64,000 nucleotides of DNA from an uncultured delta proteobacterium (GCA_963699755.1 CAVOVB010000006.1:32001-96000); one strand, 5' to 3'. Counted from the stretch's first letter, positions 17,317 to 28,017 are shown. Program-made: numbers and translations. The notes: generated from the sequence alone by a model not told the origin.

Positions 17317-20300
17317 CGTTCGAACCATCCTTAGGGGCGTGCTGCCCTTCCGAGCGCATTGGCTCGAGCTCCACGATGAGGGACCGTATTCGATCGACGG
17401 CATCGCCCGATTCCTCATCTCGATAGCGCCGAGTGAGCTTCATGTCAGGTGAAAGGCTCCAGCCAGCGCCCGGCGTCGCGACCAGAGGCATCAGCTTCGC
17501 CGGGTCGAGCGGGGTGTCCTCTCGCAGGTGCAGGGTGACTCGCCTTCGGTCGGCTTCACAACCGAGCGCGCGAAGCTCGCGGAGCAAGGGCTTAACCGAC
17601 ATCACGCGAACAAAGGCACGGGCCGGAGGGGGAGGTGCTCCGAAACGCTCTTCCATCTCGGCTGCGAGATCTTCGACGGACGGCTCGTCTAGAGCGGTAG
17701 CAAAGCGTCGATATAGGGAGAGGCGGAGGCCGATATCGTCGATGTATTCTTCGGGGAGATAGTGTTCGAGCTCAATCGACAGCTCGGGGTCGACCTCCTG
17801 ATGAAGCTCCTCTCCTTTGAGCTCCGAAACGGCTTCATCGAGCATCTGCACGAACATGTCGAAGCCGACGAGCGACGCATTGCCGCTTTGCTCCGAGCCC
17901 AAGAGATTTCCTGCGCCTCGCAGCTCCATGTCGAGCGTCGCCACCCGAAAGCCAGCGCCCAGGCCGGAAAATCGTTCGAGGGCCTCCATTCGAATCCGGG
18001 ACTCTTCGGACATTTGATTGGGTGGGGGCGTGATCAGATAGCAATAGGCGCGTTGGTCCGAGCGGCCTACGCGGCCTCGTAGCTGGTAGACCTGGGCGAG
18101 CCCGAGCGTGTCAGCGCGATCGACCAGAACCGTGTTGGCTCGTGGAATGTCGAGCCCGCTCTCGACGATTGCGGTCGAGCAGAGGACGTCGTAGGCGCCC
18201 TCCACGAAGTCGGTCATCGTCCGGTCTAAAAGGGCGGGCTTCATCTGACCGTGTGCAATGGCGATCCTGGCATTCGGGAGCAGGTCCTGCAGCCGCTGAG
18301 CACGTTCGTACAGGCCTTCGATCCGGTTGTAGACGAAGAACACCTGTCCGCCACGGCTGAGCTCTCGTTCGATGGCCTCCTTGATCAAGTGATCATCCCA
18401 GCGGCAAACGAAAGTTCGGACTGCCCGTCTGTCCTGAGGTGCTGTCGTGATCAACGAGAGGTTTCGCATGCCCCCGACGGCAAGCTGAAGCGTGCGGGGA
18501 ATCGGCGTTGCGCTGAGCGTAATCACGTCGACATTGGTTCGGAGCTTCTTGATCCGCTCTTTGTGAGTGACGCCGAATCGCTGTTCCTCGTCGACCACCA
18601 GGAGCCCGAGCGCCGCGAAGTGCACGTCTTTCGAGAGAATCCGATGGGTTCCGATGACGACGTCCACGGTCCCCTCCTTCAGGCCAGTCAGAACATCGAG
18701 CTGCTTGCTGCGCGGGACGAATCGCGAGAGCACCTCGACGCGAAGCGGGTACCCGTCCAAGCGCGAAGAGAAGGTACGATAGTGTTGCTGCGCCAAGACC
18801 GTGGTCGGGCAGAGGACCGCCACCTGCCTTCCACTCATGGCGACCCGAAACGCGGCGCGAAGCGCGACCTCGGTCTTGCCAAACCCCACATCCCCGCAGA
18901 CCAGACGGTCTGTCGGTTGCGGCTCTTCGAGGTCTGCCATCACATCTTCGATTGCCTTTTCCTGATCTCGGGTTTCCTCGAAGGGGAAGGTGGCCTCGAA
19001 CTCCGCATAAGCGGTTCCCGTGGGTTCGAATGGCTCGCGCCGGACCGCCGTGCGCTCCGCATAGAGCTTCAGAAGTTCCTCGGCCATCTGCTGTACGGCC
19101 TTGCGTACGCGTCCCTTCTTCGTCCCGAACGTGGTGCCGCCCAATCGATCGAGCTTTGGCTGGTGTCCCTCTCCGCCTTTGAACTTCTGGATGACCCCGA
19201 GGCGGGTCACGGGCACGAGCAGCTTGTCGCTGCCGGCGTACTCGACGACCATGACCTCGACGGTCTGCGGGCTGCGACCGTGAAGACGGTCCATCGCGGT
19301 GAGGCTCAGGGCCTTGTGCTCGAGGCCGAGGTACTTGCCCACACCGTGGTCGACGTGGACCACGAAGTCGCCGGGAGCGAGCTCTCGAAGGTCTTCGAGG
19401 AAGCGCTGTTGTTGCCGGCGTGTCTGGCGCTGACCGCGACGCTGCCGCACGCGGGATCCGAAAATCTCTTCCTCGGTGACATAGGCGAGCCCTTCGCTCC
19501 AAAGCACGAACCCGTCGCGAAGCTCCCCGAGGCGTACCTCGTCGAGGATCCGGTTCTCGACTCCGTAGCTCTTGAGCAGATCGATCAAGCGGTCGGCTTG
19601 GTGCCGGGTTCTGCAAACGAGCGGGACTCGTAAGCCTTGCTCGTCCCAGTCCTGGAGTTGGTCGGCCAGCGGTTGCAGCCCTCGATCCCCGTGTCCCTTC
19701 TGCGCGCGCAACTCGGAGATCAGTGCCTGCTGGTCCGACGCGCTCACGCGCATCAGCGTATTCCCCGGCGGAGCGAGCATGGCAATGAGCGGCCCTTCGT
19801 CCTCGCCTGCGGTCCCGTGGACGGCCAGTCGATGCGCCACCAGGATCGGGTGGCTCAGCAGGCGTTCATTGAGCTCTTCCTCGCTCATGTAGTACGCGGA
19901 TAGCTCGAAGGTCGGGCGGCCCCTGCGCGCGGCGTGCTCGTCTTTGGCCTGCTGCCGCTCCGAGCGAACCGAGGCTGCGATGGAAAGCGGGTCGGACGCG
20001 ACCAGGTGCACGTCTTTCGGAAGATAGTCGAAGAGGGTGTCTAGACCATGGAAGTAGGCGGGCAGGAGCGCGTTCGAAATCAAAGCGCCGGAACCGCGGT
20101 CGAGCTCGGCTATCAGCTCGCGCGCCTGCAAGGTGGGCATGTTCATTTCGTCGCAGAGCTCTCGTACGACCTGCTTCGCGCGGGCAATGGCAGCAGGCGT
20201 GTCCGGCACCTCTCGTGCGCTTGCGAGTTGGACCGCGTCGACCTCGTCGGCGCTCTTCTGATCGTCAGGATTGAAACGACGAATCCGCGAAACTAGATCG

Positions 20301-20902
20301 TCGTCTAGCTCGATTCGAAAGGGGAGCGTGGCGTCGGGCCCGTAGACATCGACGAGGGCGCCGCGCGCCGAAAACGTTCCGCGGTCCTCGACCAGGGGAA
20401 CGCGGAGATAACCGAGCTCCAAGAGACGACGCACGAGGTCGTCGCGCTCGAGCTGCTGAGCGATCTCGATCGAAACAAGCCCTGTCTTCACGTGCTCGGA
20501 TGGCGGAACTCGACGCAGGAGCGCAGGCGCCGGAACGATGAGAACACGCCAAGGTGTCTCCTCTGCGAGCAGAGCCAACACGGCCATGCGCTGCATCTCG
20601 GCGCGCCGGTCTGGTACCACGTCGAGAAGTGGGCTGGTATCTGCAGCGGTGAACAGTAGGACGTCTCCACTTTCACCCTGAAGCAGGAAGCGGAGGTTCG
20701 ACTCGTGACGGTAGGCTTCGTCCAGATCTGGAGAAATGATCACGAATCGTCGCTCGGGGTACGCCGAAGCAGCTTCCGCGATCGCCCAGTCGAGCGCACC
20801 TCGAGGGATTGATGCGACGTCGGTCCGATAATTGGATCCGAGAGACTCGACCAGATCACGAATCGATGCGTTCGCGTGTTCTAGAGCCGCTTCAAGCGAC
20901 AT
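17300..20902 (-). CDS. mfd: Transcription-repair coupling factor Mfd
   Basis: RGALVDVY, VVHVDHGVG (CarD-like), CGDVGFGKTEVA, DEEQRFG, QLRGRVGRS, TRCF C-terminus. Confidence 0.97.
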   Translation of the reverse strand: MSLEAALEHANASIRDLVESLGSNYRTDVASIPRGALDWAIAEAASAYPERRFVIISPDLDEAYRHESNLRFLLQGESGDVLLFTAADTSPLLDVVPDRRAEMQRMAVLALLAEETPWRVLIVPAPALLRRVPPSEHVKTGLVSIEIAQQLERDDLVRRLLELGYLRVPLVEDRGTFSARGALVDVYGPDATLPFRIELDDDLVSRIRRFNPDDQKSADEVDAVQLASAREVPDTPAAIARAKQVVRELCDEMNMPTLQARELIAELDRGSGALISNALLPAYFHGLDTLFDYLPKDVHLVASDPLSIAASVRSERQQAKDEHAARRGRPTFELSAYYMSEEELNERLLSHPILVAHRLAVHGTAGEDEGPLIAMLAPPGNTLMRVSASDQQALISELRAQKGHGDRGLQPLADQLQDWDEQGLRVPLVCRTRHQADRLIDLLKSYGVENRILDEVRLGELRDGFVLWSEGLAYVTEEEIFGSRVRQRRGQRQTRRQQQRFLEDLRELAPGDFVVHVDHGVGKYLGLEHKALSLTAMDRLHGRSPQTVEVMVVEYAGSDKLLVPVTRLGVIQKFKGGEGHQPKLDRLGGTTFGTKKGRVRKAVQQMAEELLKLYAERTAVRREPFEPTGTAYAEFEATFPFEETRDQEKAIEDVMADLEEPQPTDRLVCGDVGFGKTEVALRAAFRVAMSGRQVAVLCPTTVLAQQHYRTFSSRLDGYPLRVEVLSRFVPRSKQLDVLTGLKEGTVDVVIGTHRILSKDVHFAALGLLVVDEEQRFGVTHKERIKKLRTNVDVITLSATPIPRTLQLAVGGMRNLSLITTAPQDRRAVRTFVCRWDDHLIKEAIERELSRGGQVFFVYNRIEGLYERAQRLQDLLPNARIAIAHGQMKPALLDRTMTDFVEGAYDVLCSTAIVESGLDIPRANTVLVDRADTLGLAQVYQLRGRVGRSDQRAYCYLITPPPNQMSEESRIRMEALERFSGLGAGFRVATLDMELRGAGNLLGSEQSGNASLVGFDMFVQMLDEAVSELKGEELHQEVDPELSIELEHYLPEEYIDDIGLRLSLYRRFATALDEPSVEDLAAEMEERFGAPPPPARAFVRVMSVKPLLRELRALGCEADRRRVTLHLREDTPLDPAKLMPLVATPGAGWSLSPDMKLTRRYRDEESGDAVDRIRSLIVELEPMRSEGQHAPKDGSNDVTSP

Positions 20903-22205
20903 CGGGTTGCTTGCCGATGACCTGTCGAATGCGCTGGGCGAGCCATGGAGGCGTCACCACGGTGGTGGCCATCACCATGAGCACGATCGCTGCATAGACG
21001 GCCGGCGCGATCAGCGGTTTGCCCTCGAACTTGATGCCGGCGCCGACGTTGGCGAAGATGAGGCCGACCTCTCCGCGCGGGATCATCCCGATGCCGACTG
21101 TGAGCTTGTCCGCGGCACCCCCGCGAACGCCGAGGCCCGCCACCAGCTTTCCGATGATCGCGACGGCTGTGAGCGCGAGGGCGAGCAGCAGGGGTTCCGT
21201 TCCGATGCCTCCCAGTTGGACCATCATGCCGGTGCGGACGAAGAAGATCGGCGCCATGACGGCGACGATGGGGCCGATGATCTCGGTGAGGTCGTGCGCG
21301 GATTTGCGCCCGAACGGCCTGACGTGGACTTCGTCCAGAACGAGACCTGCGGCGAACGCGCCTACGATGGGCGCGAGGCCCGCCGCGCCAGAGATACCAG
21401 CAAGGAGCAGGCAAAGGCCGATGGCAACGGCGGCGAGGACATCTTGGGTGCGGAGCTTCGATGCGAAACGGAAAACGCCCGGCATCACGTAAGCGCCGAG
21501 AAGCAGCGCGCCGATGAGGAATCCGGCGGCCAGTCCGATGATCCTCGTGAGATCCAGGGGTCCCGGCATCGCGCCGAACTCGGCGATGCTAGCGACCACC
21601 GCTAGGACGATGAGGCCGAGGACGTCGTCGATGACCGCAGCGCCGAGAATGACCCGAGTCTCCGGACGAGCCATTGCATTGAGGTCCTTCAAGACGCGCG
21701 CGGTGATACCAACGCTCGTCGCGCAGAGTGTTGCGCCGATGAAGAGGTGGAGGGAGAACGGCTCGTCGGGGAGCAGCCAAACGCTCACGCCGTACCCAAG
21801 CATCATCGGGGCCAAGACGCCGAGGATGGCGACGAGCCCCGAAGTTGGCGCGACCGCGCGCATTTCGGTGAGCGTCGACTCGAGGCCGACCTCGAAAAGC
21901 AAGAGAACGACGCCGAGCTCCGCGAGAAACTCGACCGGGACGAGCTCAGCCGCGCCCTCGAACGTCCCGATGCCGAACAGATAGAGATTGCCCAGTACGA
22001 TGCCGGCGCAGAGCTCGCCGAGAACGGAGGGCTGGTTCAGTCGGACCGCGACCTCGCCACCGAGCTTTGCGGCGAGGATCATCGCCGCGAGGACGAGCCA
22101 GACCTCGTAGCTCATGCCGTGTCCACTGCCGCTCGCCAGCGCGGTGGCTGGAATTGCGGCGAATAGAATGAAGAGAAGGGAAAAACGAGCCGGTCGGCGG
22201 CGCAT
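20892..22205 (-). CDS. Cation:proton antiporter (CPA2, NapA-like)
   Basis: Many TM helices; ATSVGIT, ILGAAVIDD, GMIPRGEVG motifs; start at ATG 22205. Confidence 0.9.
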   Translation of the reverse strand: MRRRPARFSLLFILFAAIPATALASGSGHGMSYEVWLVLAAMILAAKLGGEVAVRLNQPSVLGELCAGIVLGNLYLFGIGTFEGAAELVPVEFLAELGVVLLLFEVGLESTLTEMRAVAPTSGLVAILGVLAPMMLGYGVSVWLLPDEPFSLHLFIGATLCATSVGITARVLKDLNAMARPETRVILGAAVIDDVLGLIVLAVVASIAEFGAMPGPLDLTRIIGLAAGFLIGALLLGAYVMPGVFRFASKLRTQDVLAAVAIGLCLLLAGISGAAGLAPIVGAFAAGLVLDEVHVRPFGRKSAHDLTEIIGPIVAVMAPIFFVRTGMMVQLGGIGTEPLLLALALTAVAIIGKLVAGLGVRGGAADKLTVGIGMIPRGEVGLIFANVGAGIKFEGKPLIAPAVYAAIVLMVMATTVVTPPWLAQRIRQVIGKQPDVA

Positions 22206-22318
22206 CGCGCGGGACCATAGAGAGGCAGGTCCCCTTGGGCAAGGCAGCGATCCTCGGCCTGGCTTGCTTGGGACTGAAGGCTCGGGTAAATGAATGGCCA
22301 TTCAGTCAGAGGAGAACC

Positions 22319-23461
22319 ATGGAACGAAGCCTATTTTCCGAGGAACACGAGATCTTCCGCAGCAACTTCCGACAGTTCGTCGAGACCCGGGTCCTGCCAC
22401 AGCAGGCGAAGTGGCGCACGCAAGGGGTTGTCGACCGCGAGATCTGGCTTGAAGCCGGTGAAGCAGGCTTTCTCTGTCCCTGGATGGAAGAAGAGTACGG
22501 TGGCGCCGGAGGCGACTTCCTTCATTCAGTGGTCGTCATGGAAGAACTGTCGCGAGCCTATGAATCAGGCTGGGCGGCGAGCCTCCACTCCGACATCATC
22601 GTTCCCTACCTGCACTCGTTTGGTACTCAGGAGCAGAAGGCCAGCTGGCTGCCTGGTTGCGCCAGTGGCGAGACGGTCACTGCGGTGGCGATGACGGAGC
22701 CCGGCACTGGCTCCGACCTTGCGGCCATCGCGACCAGCGCAAAGCGCGATGGCGACGAGTACGTGATCAACGGCGCCAAGACTTTCATCTCCAACGGCAT
22801 GAGCTGTGACCTCGTCCTCGTCGCTGCCCGGACCGCGAACTCCGACGATCCGCACCGCAGCGTATCGCTGTTCGTCGTCGAAGGGGACAGACCCGGCTTC
22901 ATCAGGAGCCGCAAGCTCGAAAAGATGGGGATGGAAAGCCAGGACACCGCTGAGCTCGCATTCGACGAGTGTCGGATACCCGCTGAGAACCTGCTCGGTC
23001 AAGAGGGCATGGGCTTCATGATGCTCATGCAGAAGCTCCAGCAGGAGCGTCTCTGCGTCGCGATCCTCTCGCAAGCGAGCGCCGAAAAAGTTCTCGAAGA
23101 TGCAATCGCTTACACGCAAGAGCGCCAGGCCTTCGGTCGCTCGATTTCCAAGTTCCAAAATACGCAGTTCACGCTGGCGCAATGTGCGACCGAGATCGAG
23201 GTGGGTAGGGCATTCTTGGACGCCCTCGTCGCCCAGCACGTTGCGGGGAAGTACCTCGTCAAGGAGTGCTCGATGGCCAAGCTCTGGCAGACCGAAATGC
23301 AGGGCCGAATCGTGGATGCCTGCCTTCAACTCTACGGCGGCTACGGCTATATGCTCGAGTATCCGATCAGCCGTGCATACGTCGATGCGCGCGTGCAGCG
23401 GATCTACGCAGGCACCAACGAGATCATGAAGATGATCATCGCCAAGCAGATGGGCCTGTAG
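22319..23461 (+). CDS. Acyl-CoA dehydrogenase (long-chain type)
   Basis: AMTEPGTGSDL, INGAKTFISNG, CLQLYGGYGYMLEYPI, IYAGTNEIMK; GAGGAG SD. Confidence 0.93.
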   Translation: MERSLFSEEHEIFRSNFRQFVETRVLPQQAKWRTQGVVDREIWLEAGEAGFLCPWMEEEYGGAGGDFLHSVVVMEELSRAYESGWAASLHSDIIVPYLHSFGTQEQKASWLPGCASGETVTAVAMTEPGTGSDLAAIATSAKRDGDEYVINGAKTFISNGMSCDLVLVAARTANSDDPHRSVSLFVVEGDRPGFIRSRKLEKMGMESQDTAELAFDECRIPAENLLGQEGMGFMMLMQKLQQERLCVAILSQASAEKVLEDAIAYTQERQAFGRSISKFQNTQFTLAQCATEIEVGRAFLDALVAQHVAGKYLVKECSMAKLWQTEMQGRIVDACLQLYGGYGYMLEYPISRAYVDARVQRIYAGTNEIMKMIIAKQMGL

Positions 23462-23509
23462 GACATTTGATTCTTGACCAACTGTCTATGGTTTGCTTAG
23501 TTCTGCCCT

Positions 23510-23881
23510 GTGGCAACCGAGTCTGATCCTGGTGACGGTAAGGGTCCGGCTGAGGGTGAAAACCCGGAGTCAACGGCGGAATCGGACAGCGGGCCGCGTG
23601 TTAGCCGGATGCGTGTTGGTGGTCAGGATATTCTCGTACTGAGCGTTCCGCTTCCGAAACTGCGCTATCCGGAGGGCACGACATCGGCCGAGCACGAGAT
23701 CATCGACGCGGTGCTCCAAGGCCTTACAGTCAAGGAGATCGCAGAGCAGCGCTGCGCTTCCCTGCGCACTGTGACGACGCAGCTCGGAACGATTTTCAGG
23801 AAGGCTGACGTGAACTCGCAAGCCGAGCTCATCGCGATCATGACCAGCGGCTCAGGAGACGAAGACGCCCACCAGGGCTGA
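23510..23881 (+). CDS. Small LuxR-type helix-turn-helix regulator
   Basis: TSAEHEIIDAVLQGLTVKEIAEQRCASLRTVTTQLGTIFRK...SQAELI; preceded by TTGACC-N18-TAGTTC. Confidence 0.8.
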   Translation: MATESDPGDGKGPAEGENPESTAESDSGPRVSRMRVGGQDILVLSVPLPKLRYPEGTTSAEHEIIDAVLQGLTVKEIAEQRCASLRTVTTQLGTIFRKADVNSQAELIAIMTSGSGDEDAHQG

Positions 23882-23954
23882 TCTTGCGTACCTCCTCCTC
23901 TTTAAGCCAAGCCGCTTCACTGACTTAGGCCCGCCGTCCGTTCGAGCATCCCGA

Positions 23955-24004
23955 CCAAAAAGAGCGACGCGGTCGGTCAGCCCGTTATCCGACCGACCGC
24001 GTCG
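23955..24004 (-). terminator. Intrinsic terminator
   Basis: Perfect 14-bp stem CGACGCGGTCGGTC (23965-23978) / GACCGACCGCGTCG (23991-24004), followed on the minus strand by CTCTTTTT. Confidence 0.75.
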
Positions 24005-24106
24005 ATGCCCAACTCAAGAGTCGAGCAGGTAGCTGAGCGCACGATTTGGATCTCTGTCTGCTTAGCCCCTGTTGTCTTCTTCTTAGGTCGTCTGCGCTTT
24101 CTCGTC

Positions 24107-24145
24107 CATACGTAATTGTTCACCTTGCATACGTAATTCTTCACC
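24107..24145. repeat. 18-bp direct repeat with 21-bp period (candidate tandem operator)
   Basis: CATACGTAATTGTTCACC-ttg-CATACGTAATTCTTCACC, 17/18 identical, AT-rich. Confidence 0.8.
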
Positions 24146-24192
24146 CAATTCACGGAAAGTCGCGGAGTAGGTGTCGCTTGTTCAGCGCGACG

Positions 24193-25200
24193 TTACGCTC
24201 GAGCCAGCGCTGTAATGAAGGCGGCCAAGCCGGGCCAGGGCATACCCGGCGGCAGGTTGATGATCGGCTGCTCCATGCCGAGCTCGCGCCGCCGCGCGAT
24301 CTCTCGACGGCAGTAGAGAGGATCGCCGGAGATCGTCAGCGCTTCGATCATGTCGTCGGTCACGGCGTCGGGCGCCATCTTGCGCGTCTCTTTGTCGCGG
24401 TAGAGGCGTGCGATCTCGTCGCACTCATCCGCATATCCGAAGCCGCTAAGAAGCTGGTTATAGTAGTCACCCATGCCACCAATGTAAAAAGAGATGATTT
24501 CACGCGCTCTTCTCGAAGCGCCCTTGCCAGGGATCGGAATCACTGTGATGAAAGGCGCGGTTGCGATTCCCTTCGGGTCGCGGCCGGCAATCGCCGCGCC
24601 CTCTGCGATCCATTCGCGGCCATCGCCGAGGCGGTCGTAGGGCCAGAAGATCGGCATCCAGCCGTCCGCCATTTCCCCGATGCTTGTGATCGCCTTTTGC
24701 TTGAGGGCGGCGACGTAAATGGGAATACGGCGGCGCGTGGGCTCGAAGTCCAGCTTGAATGGGCGGTAGCTGCGAAGCTTGGTGTCGGCTTCACTCAGTG
24801 GTCGGCCATCGAGCAGTGTGCGAACGACACGGATCACGTCCCGAGTTTGTGTAAGCGGTTTCTCGAAGTCCCGGCCGTGGAGGCCCTCGATCACGTTCTT
24901 CCCGCTCGTGCCAATCCCGAGGATGAATCGCCCGCCGCTGATCTCATCGAGCGTGCCTGCCTGCATTGCGATGAGCGCCGGCGAACGGCTGAACACGTTG
25001 ATGATGCCGGTTCCGACCTTGATCCGCTTGGTCCTGAGCGCGATTTCGGTCAACAGGGAGAAGACTTCATATCCCCAAACCTCCGGGAGCCAGAACGAGT
25101 CGTATCCGAGTCGGTCCGCCAACACCGCTGCTTTGACGTAGGTCTTACGATCGTAGTCGCGCCAGAAGGCCAGCAGGCCGGTGGATTGCTTGTTCAGCAT
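24193..25200 (-). CDS. LLM-class (luciferase-like) flavin- or F420-dependent oxidoreductase
   Basis: [47 protein letters not shown] before ATG 25200. Confidence 0.88.
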   Translation of the reverse strand: MLNKQSTGLLAFWRDYDRKTYVKAAVLADRLGYDSFWLPEVWGYEVFSLLTEIALRTKRIKVGTGIINVFSRSPALIAMQAGTLDEISGGRFILGIGTSGKNVIEGLHGRDFEKPLTQTRDVIRVVRTLLDGRPLSEADTKLRSYRPFKLDFEPTRRRIPIYVAALKQKAITSIGEMADGWMPIFWPYDRLGDGREWIAEGAAIAGRDPKGIATAPFITVIPIPGKGASRRAREIISFYIGGMGDYYNQLLSGFGYADECDEIARLYRDKETRKMAPDAVTDDMIEALTISGDPLYCRREIARRRELGMEQPIINLPPGMPWPGLAAFITALARA

Positions 25201-25270
25201 CGCATCACTCCTTGAGCGGGTCATTTAGGTCGGGGAAGGCGTCAGTGCCAGTGTCCTCGCCCGCGGCGAC

Positions 25271-26053
25271 TCACTCCCCCTTGAACTCCGGCCTCCTCTT
25301 TTCGAGGAATGCTCTCACGCCCTCCTTGAAATCCTTGCTCTGGTAGCACTGCTCGATTGATTCCTTGATACGCGCCGTATCTCGTTCGGCTTCGAGCTTG
25401 GCAAGCTCTTGTAGGCTGATCTTGGCGCTGCGAATTGTCAGCGGAGCATTCTTGGCGATCATGTGAGCGAGTCGGTCGACATTTTCGTCGAGGATGCTCT
25501 TCGCGAAGACCTCATTGACGAGTCCAATGTGTCGCGCTTCGGCAGCGCCGATTCGTCGCGCGGTGAACAACAGATCGGCGGCTTCCGAAAAACCGACGAC
25601 GCGGATCAGCGTCTGGATGCCCGCGGTGTGGTATCCGAGTCCCAGGCGGGCCGGCGGAACAGCGAAGAGCGCGTCATCGGCGGCGTAGCGGAGGTCGGCT
25701 GTCAGGGCGATCGCTGCACCGCCGCCGATGCAATAGCCGTGAATCGAAGCGAGCAGCGGCTTTTCTAGCCCCTGCAATGCGGTGAATGCGCGGGCGGTCA
25801 ACGCGTCGTAGCCTCTTCCCGCGTTTCCGGTGCGCGTCTTCTCGAACTCCGAAATGTCGGCGCCCGAGACGAAAGCTTCCGATCCGGCTCCGCGCATGAT
25901 CACGACCCGCACGTCGGCGTCTTTCTCAAGGGTCTTCACTGCGCCGGGGATCGCGTCCCACATGTCGACGCTAATTGCGTTACGGCGCTTTTCGTGGTCG
26001 AAGACCAGGCGCGCAATCGGCCCGTCCCGCTCGATTCTCACCTCACCGTTCAT
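25271..26053 (-). CDS. Enoyl-CoA hydratase/isomerase (crotonase family)
   Basis: AFVSGADISEF, IHGYCIGGG, EGVRAFLEKRRPEFKG. Confidence 0.92.
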   Translation of the reverse strand: MNGEVRIERDGPIARLVFDHEKRRNAISVDMWDAIPGAVKTLEKDADVRVVIMRGAGSEAFVSGADISEFEKTRTGNAGRGYDALTARAFTALQGLEKPLLASIHGYCIGGGAAIALTADLRYAADDALFAVPPARLGLGYHTAGIQTLIRVVGFSEAADLLFTARRIGAAEARHIGLVNEVFAKSILDENVDRLAHMIAKNAPLTIRSAKISLQELAKLEAERDTARIKESIEQCYQSKDFKEGVRAFLEKRRPEFKGE

Positions 26054-26110
26054 CGGCGCTCAGCCTAGCAGTAAAACCGACGTACGCTCGACCGGTGCCG
26101 CCGCACGAGC

Positions 26111-27055
26111 CTAGAGCATGCGGTTGATCACGGCCTTGCGGCGGATCTCTTCGAGGAAGATCTTTTCCTGACGGACCATCGCCGCGTCCAGCATCTCGCG
26201 GAAGAGCTCCTGCTTCATCTCGTCGAAGGATGGGAAGTCCGCTCCGACCTGCCGATCCTGCAAGAAGAAGATGTGAAAACCTTTTGCGCCTCTGACCGGG
26301 TCGCTGATCTCGCCGGCGTTGAGCGGCAAGAGTGCGCGCTCGAAGTCTTCGGGCAAGTCGCCCGGTGTGAGCCAGCCGAGGTCGCCACCACCGAGCTCGG
26401 CAGCCCGCTCGCTGAAGTTCTCGGGGCTCAGCACGCCGCGGAGCGACACCGCTTCTTCACGCTTCGCGGCCACTTGGATTGCCGACGACCCTTCGGCGAC
26501 CGGGACCACTACGTGCCAGACGTGAAAACGAACTTCATTGCCCTCTCCTCGTGCGAGCTCCTCGTAGCGGGCCCGGACCTCTTCCTCGGTCACGTTGACT
26601 CTCGATCGGACACGTTCGTTCACGACCTTGAGACGGATGAGCTGGCGTTTGAGATCGTTTCGGTACTGCGCCTCCGTGAAGCCCTGCGCATCGAGCGCTT
26701 CTTTGAACTGCTCCTCCGTCATGTTGTTCTGCATTCGCAGGTTGTCGATCGCGCTGTCGACATCGGCATCGGTCACACGGATTCCGCTGCTACTGGCCAA
26801 TTGGCGAATCAGCTGTTCGTCGATCAGGTAGCTCAGCAGCTCATCATAGAGAGCCTTGAGGCGCGACATCCGCTCTACCTCGGTCGTTGCTTCGGCAACC
26901 TGCGGAAGAAATGGAACAGCGCGTTGTCGAAGGTCGCTGAGAAAGATCGCTTCGTTGTTCACTGTGGCCACGACGCGTTCGATCACGTCCGCCCCTGCCG
27001 AGTTGGTGGAGAGCGCGAGAATCATCGCGGCAACGCAGAGGGGGCTCATCCTCAT
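26111..27055 (-). CDS. SurA-like periplasmic chaperone/parvulin PPIase
   Basis: Signal peptide, IERVVATVNNEAI SurA N-domain, GGDLGW and GFHI parvulin motifs. Confidence 0.85.
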   Translation of the reverse strand: MRMSPLCVAAMILALSTNSAGADVIERVVATVNNEAIFLSDLRQRAVPFLPQVAEATTEVERMSRLKALYDELLSYLIDEQLIRQLASSSGIRVTDADVDSAIDNLRMQNNMTEEQFKEALDAQGFTEAQYRNDLKRQLIRLKVVNERVRSRVNVTEEEVRARYEELARGEGNEVRFHVWHVVVPVAEGSSAIQVAAKREEAVSLRGVLSPENFSERAAELGGGDLGWLTPGDLPEDFERALLPLNAGEISDPVRGAKGFHIFFLQDRQVGADFPSFDEMKQELFREMLDAAMVRQEKIFLEEIRRKAVINRML

Positions 27056-28017
27056 GGGCTTGGCGGCGCATCCGAGGTCACGACCTGAATGTCCTTCAGC
27101 GCTTCGTAGTCGATCTCGACGTTGATGTCCTTGCGAAGCCGTTGGGTCAGCGCTGCGATAGCCGCATCTTTCCTCTCCCGGATTAGCTTGTGCCGTATTG
27201 CACGCTTCGCTTGTTCGTAGGTTCGCGTGAGCGGCGCGCGCTTTCCGGTGAGCATGACGATGTGGTAGCCGCCGCCCTCCGCCACGAGGTCAGGATACAC
27301 CTCACCGACTTTGACCAGAGTGAACGCGGCGTCTCGAATCGCTTTGGGCGGCGAACCTTCTTCGTCCGCTTCGAAGAATTGCAAATCACCCCCGTTGCGC
27401 TTGGTCTTTTCGTCATCGGACTGTTCGCGAGCCAACTTGCGGAAACCCGCGAGGTCGAGCTTCTTGGCTTTCGCGAGGAGCCTTTGGGCCTCTCTGCGGT
27501 CCTCGATGAAGATGTGACTGGCGCGAACTTGCGCAGGGCGATTGAATTCGTCCGGATTCGCGTCGTAGATCGCCTTGATCTCTTCCTCGGGGATTTCCTC
27601 GGCTTCGAGAGGCGCGTCGACTTCCTGCTTCACGAGTTGCTCAATCATGGCGCTGCGCCGCGCCCTCACGATCTCGGGTTTGTCCTCGTAGCCGCGCCGC
27701 CTGGCTTCGTATACGAGAAGCTCGAATCGAACGAGGTTGTCGAGGAACTCCTTGCGGCGTTCAGGGCTTTCGAAACGAGCTCGAAGGTATGGAGATTGGG
27801 ATGAAAGGCGGTCGGCGAACTCCCCAACGGTGATCGTCCGGTCTCCAACCTTTGCGAGCACCTCATTGGCCTGGGCCTCGGTCAGGCCGTTCTTGGGCCA
27901 TTGTTCCTCGATGACGGGAGCTTCGTCTTCCTCGGCTTTGTTGGAGCAGCCCGCCCCGAGACCGCCGATGAGCGTAATCATCGGGAGCAGGATGAAGACG
28001 GCACGTTTCCAAGACAT
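27052..28017 (-). CDS. PrsA/PpiC-type peptidyl-prolyl isomerase, probable lipoprotein
   Basis: GAGC lipobox-like site, VRASHI, NGGDL, GYHIV parvulin motifs. Confidence 0.85.
   Translation of the reverse strand: MSWKRAVFILLPMITLIGGLGAGCSNKAEEDEAPVIEEQWPKNGLTEAQANEVLAKVGDRTITVGEFADRLSSQSPYLRARFESPERRKEFLDNLVRFELLVYEARRRGYEDKPEIVRARRSAMIEQLVKQEVDAPLEAEEIPEEEIKAIYDANPDEFNRPAQVRASHIFIEDRREAQRLLAKAKKLDLAGFRKLAREQSDDEKTKRNGGDLQFFEADEEGSPPKAIRDAAFTLVKVGEVYPDLVAEGGGYHIVMLTGKRAPLTRTYEQAKRAIRHKLIRERKDAAIAALTQRLRKDINVEIDYEALKDIQVVTSDAPPSP

Noticed and set aside
18251..19633. Long antisense or alternate-frame ORFs (for example 18251..19633, 24046..25215, 45944..47302, 51628..53028)
   Set aside because: They shadow well-supported genes, show no recognisable motifs, and are expected in high-GC DNA because stop codons are scarce.
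24170..24186. Third LexA-like site (GTTCAGC)
   Set aside because: Only the right half-site matches; the left CTRHAM half is missing and no repair gene follows.
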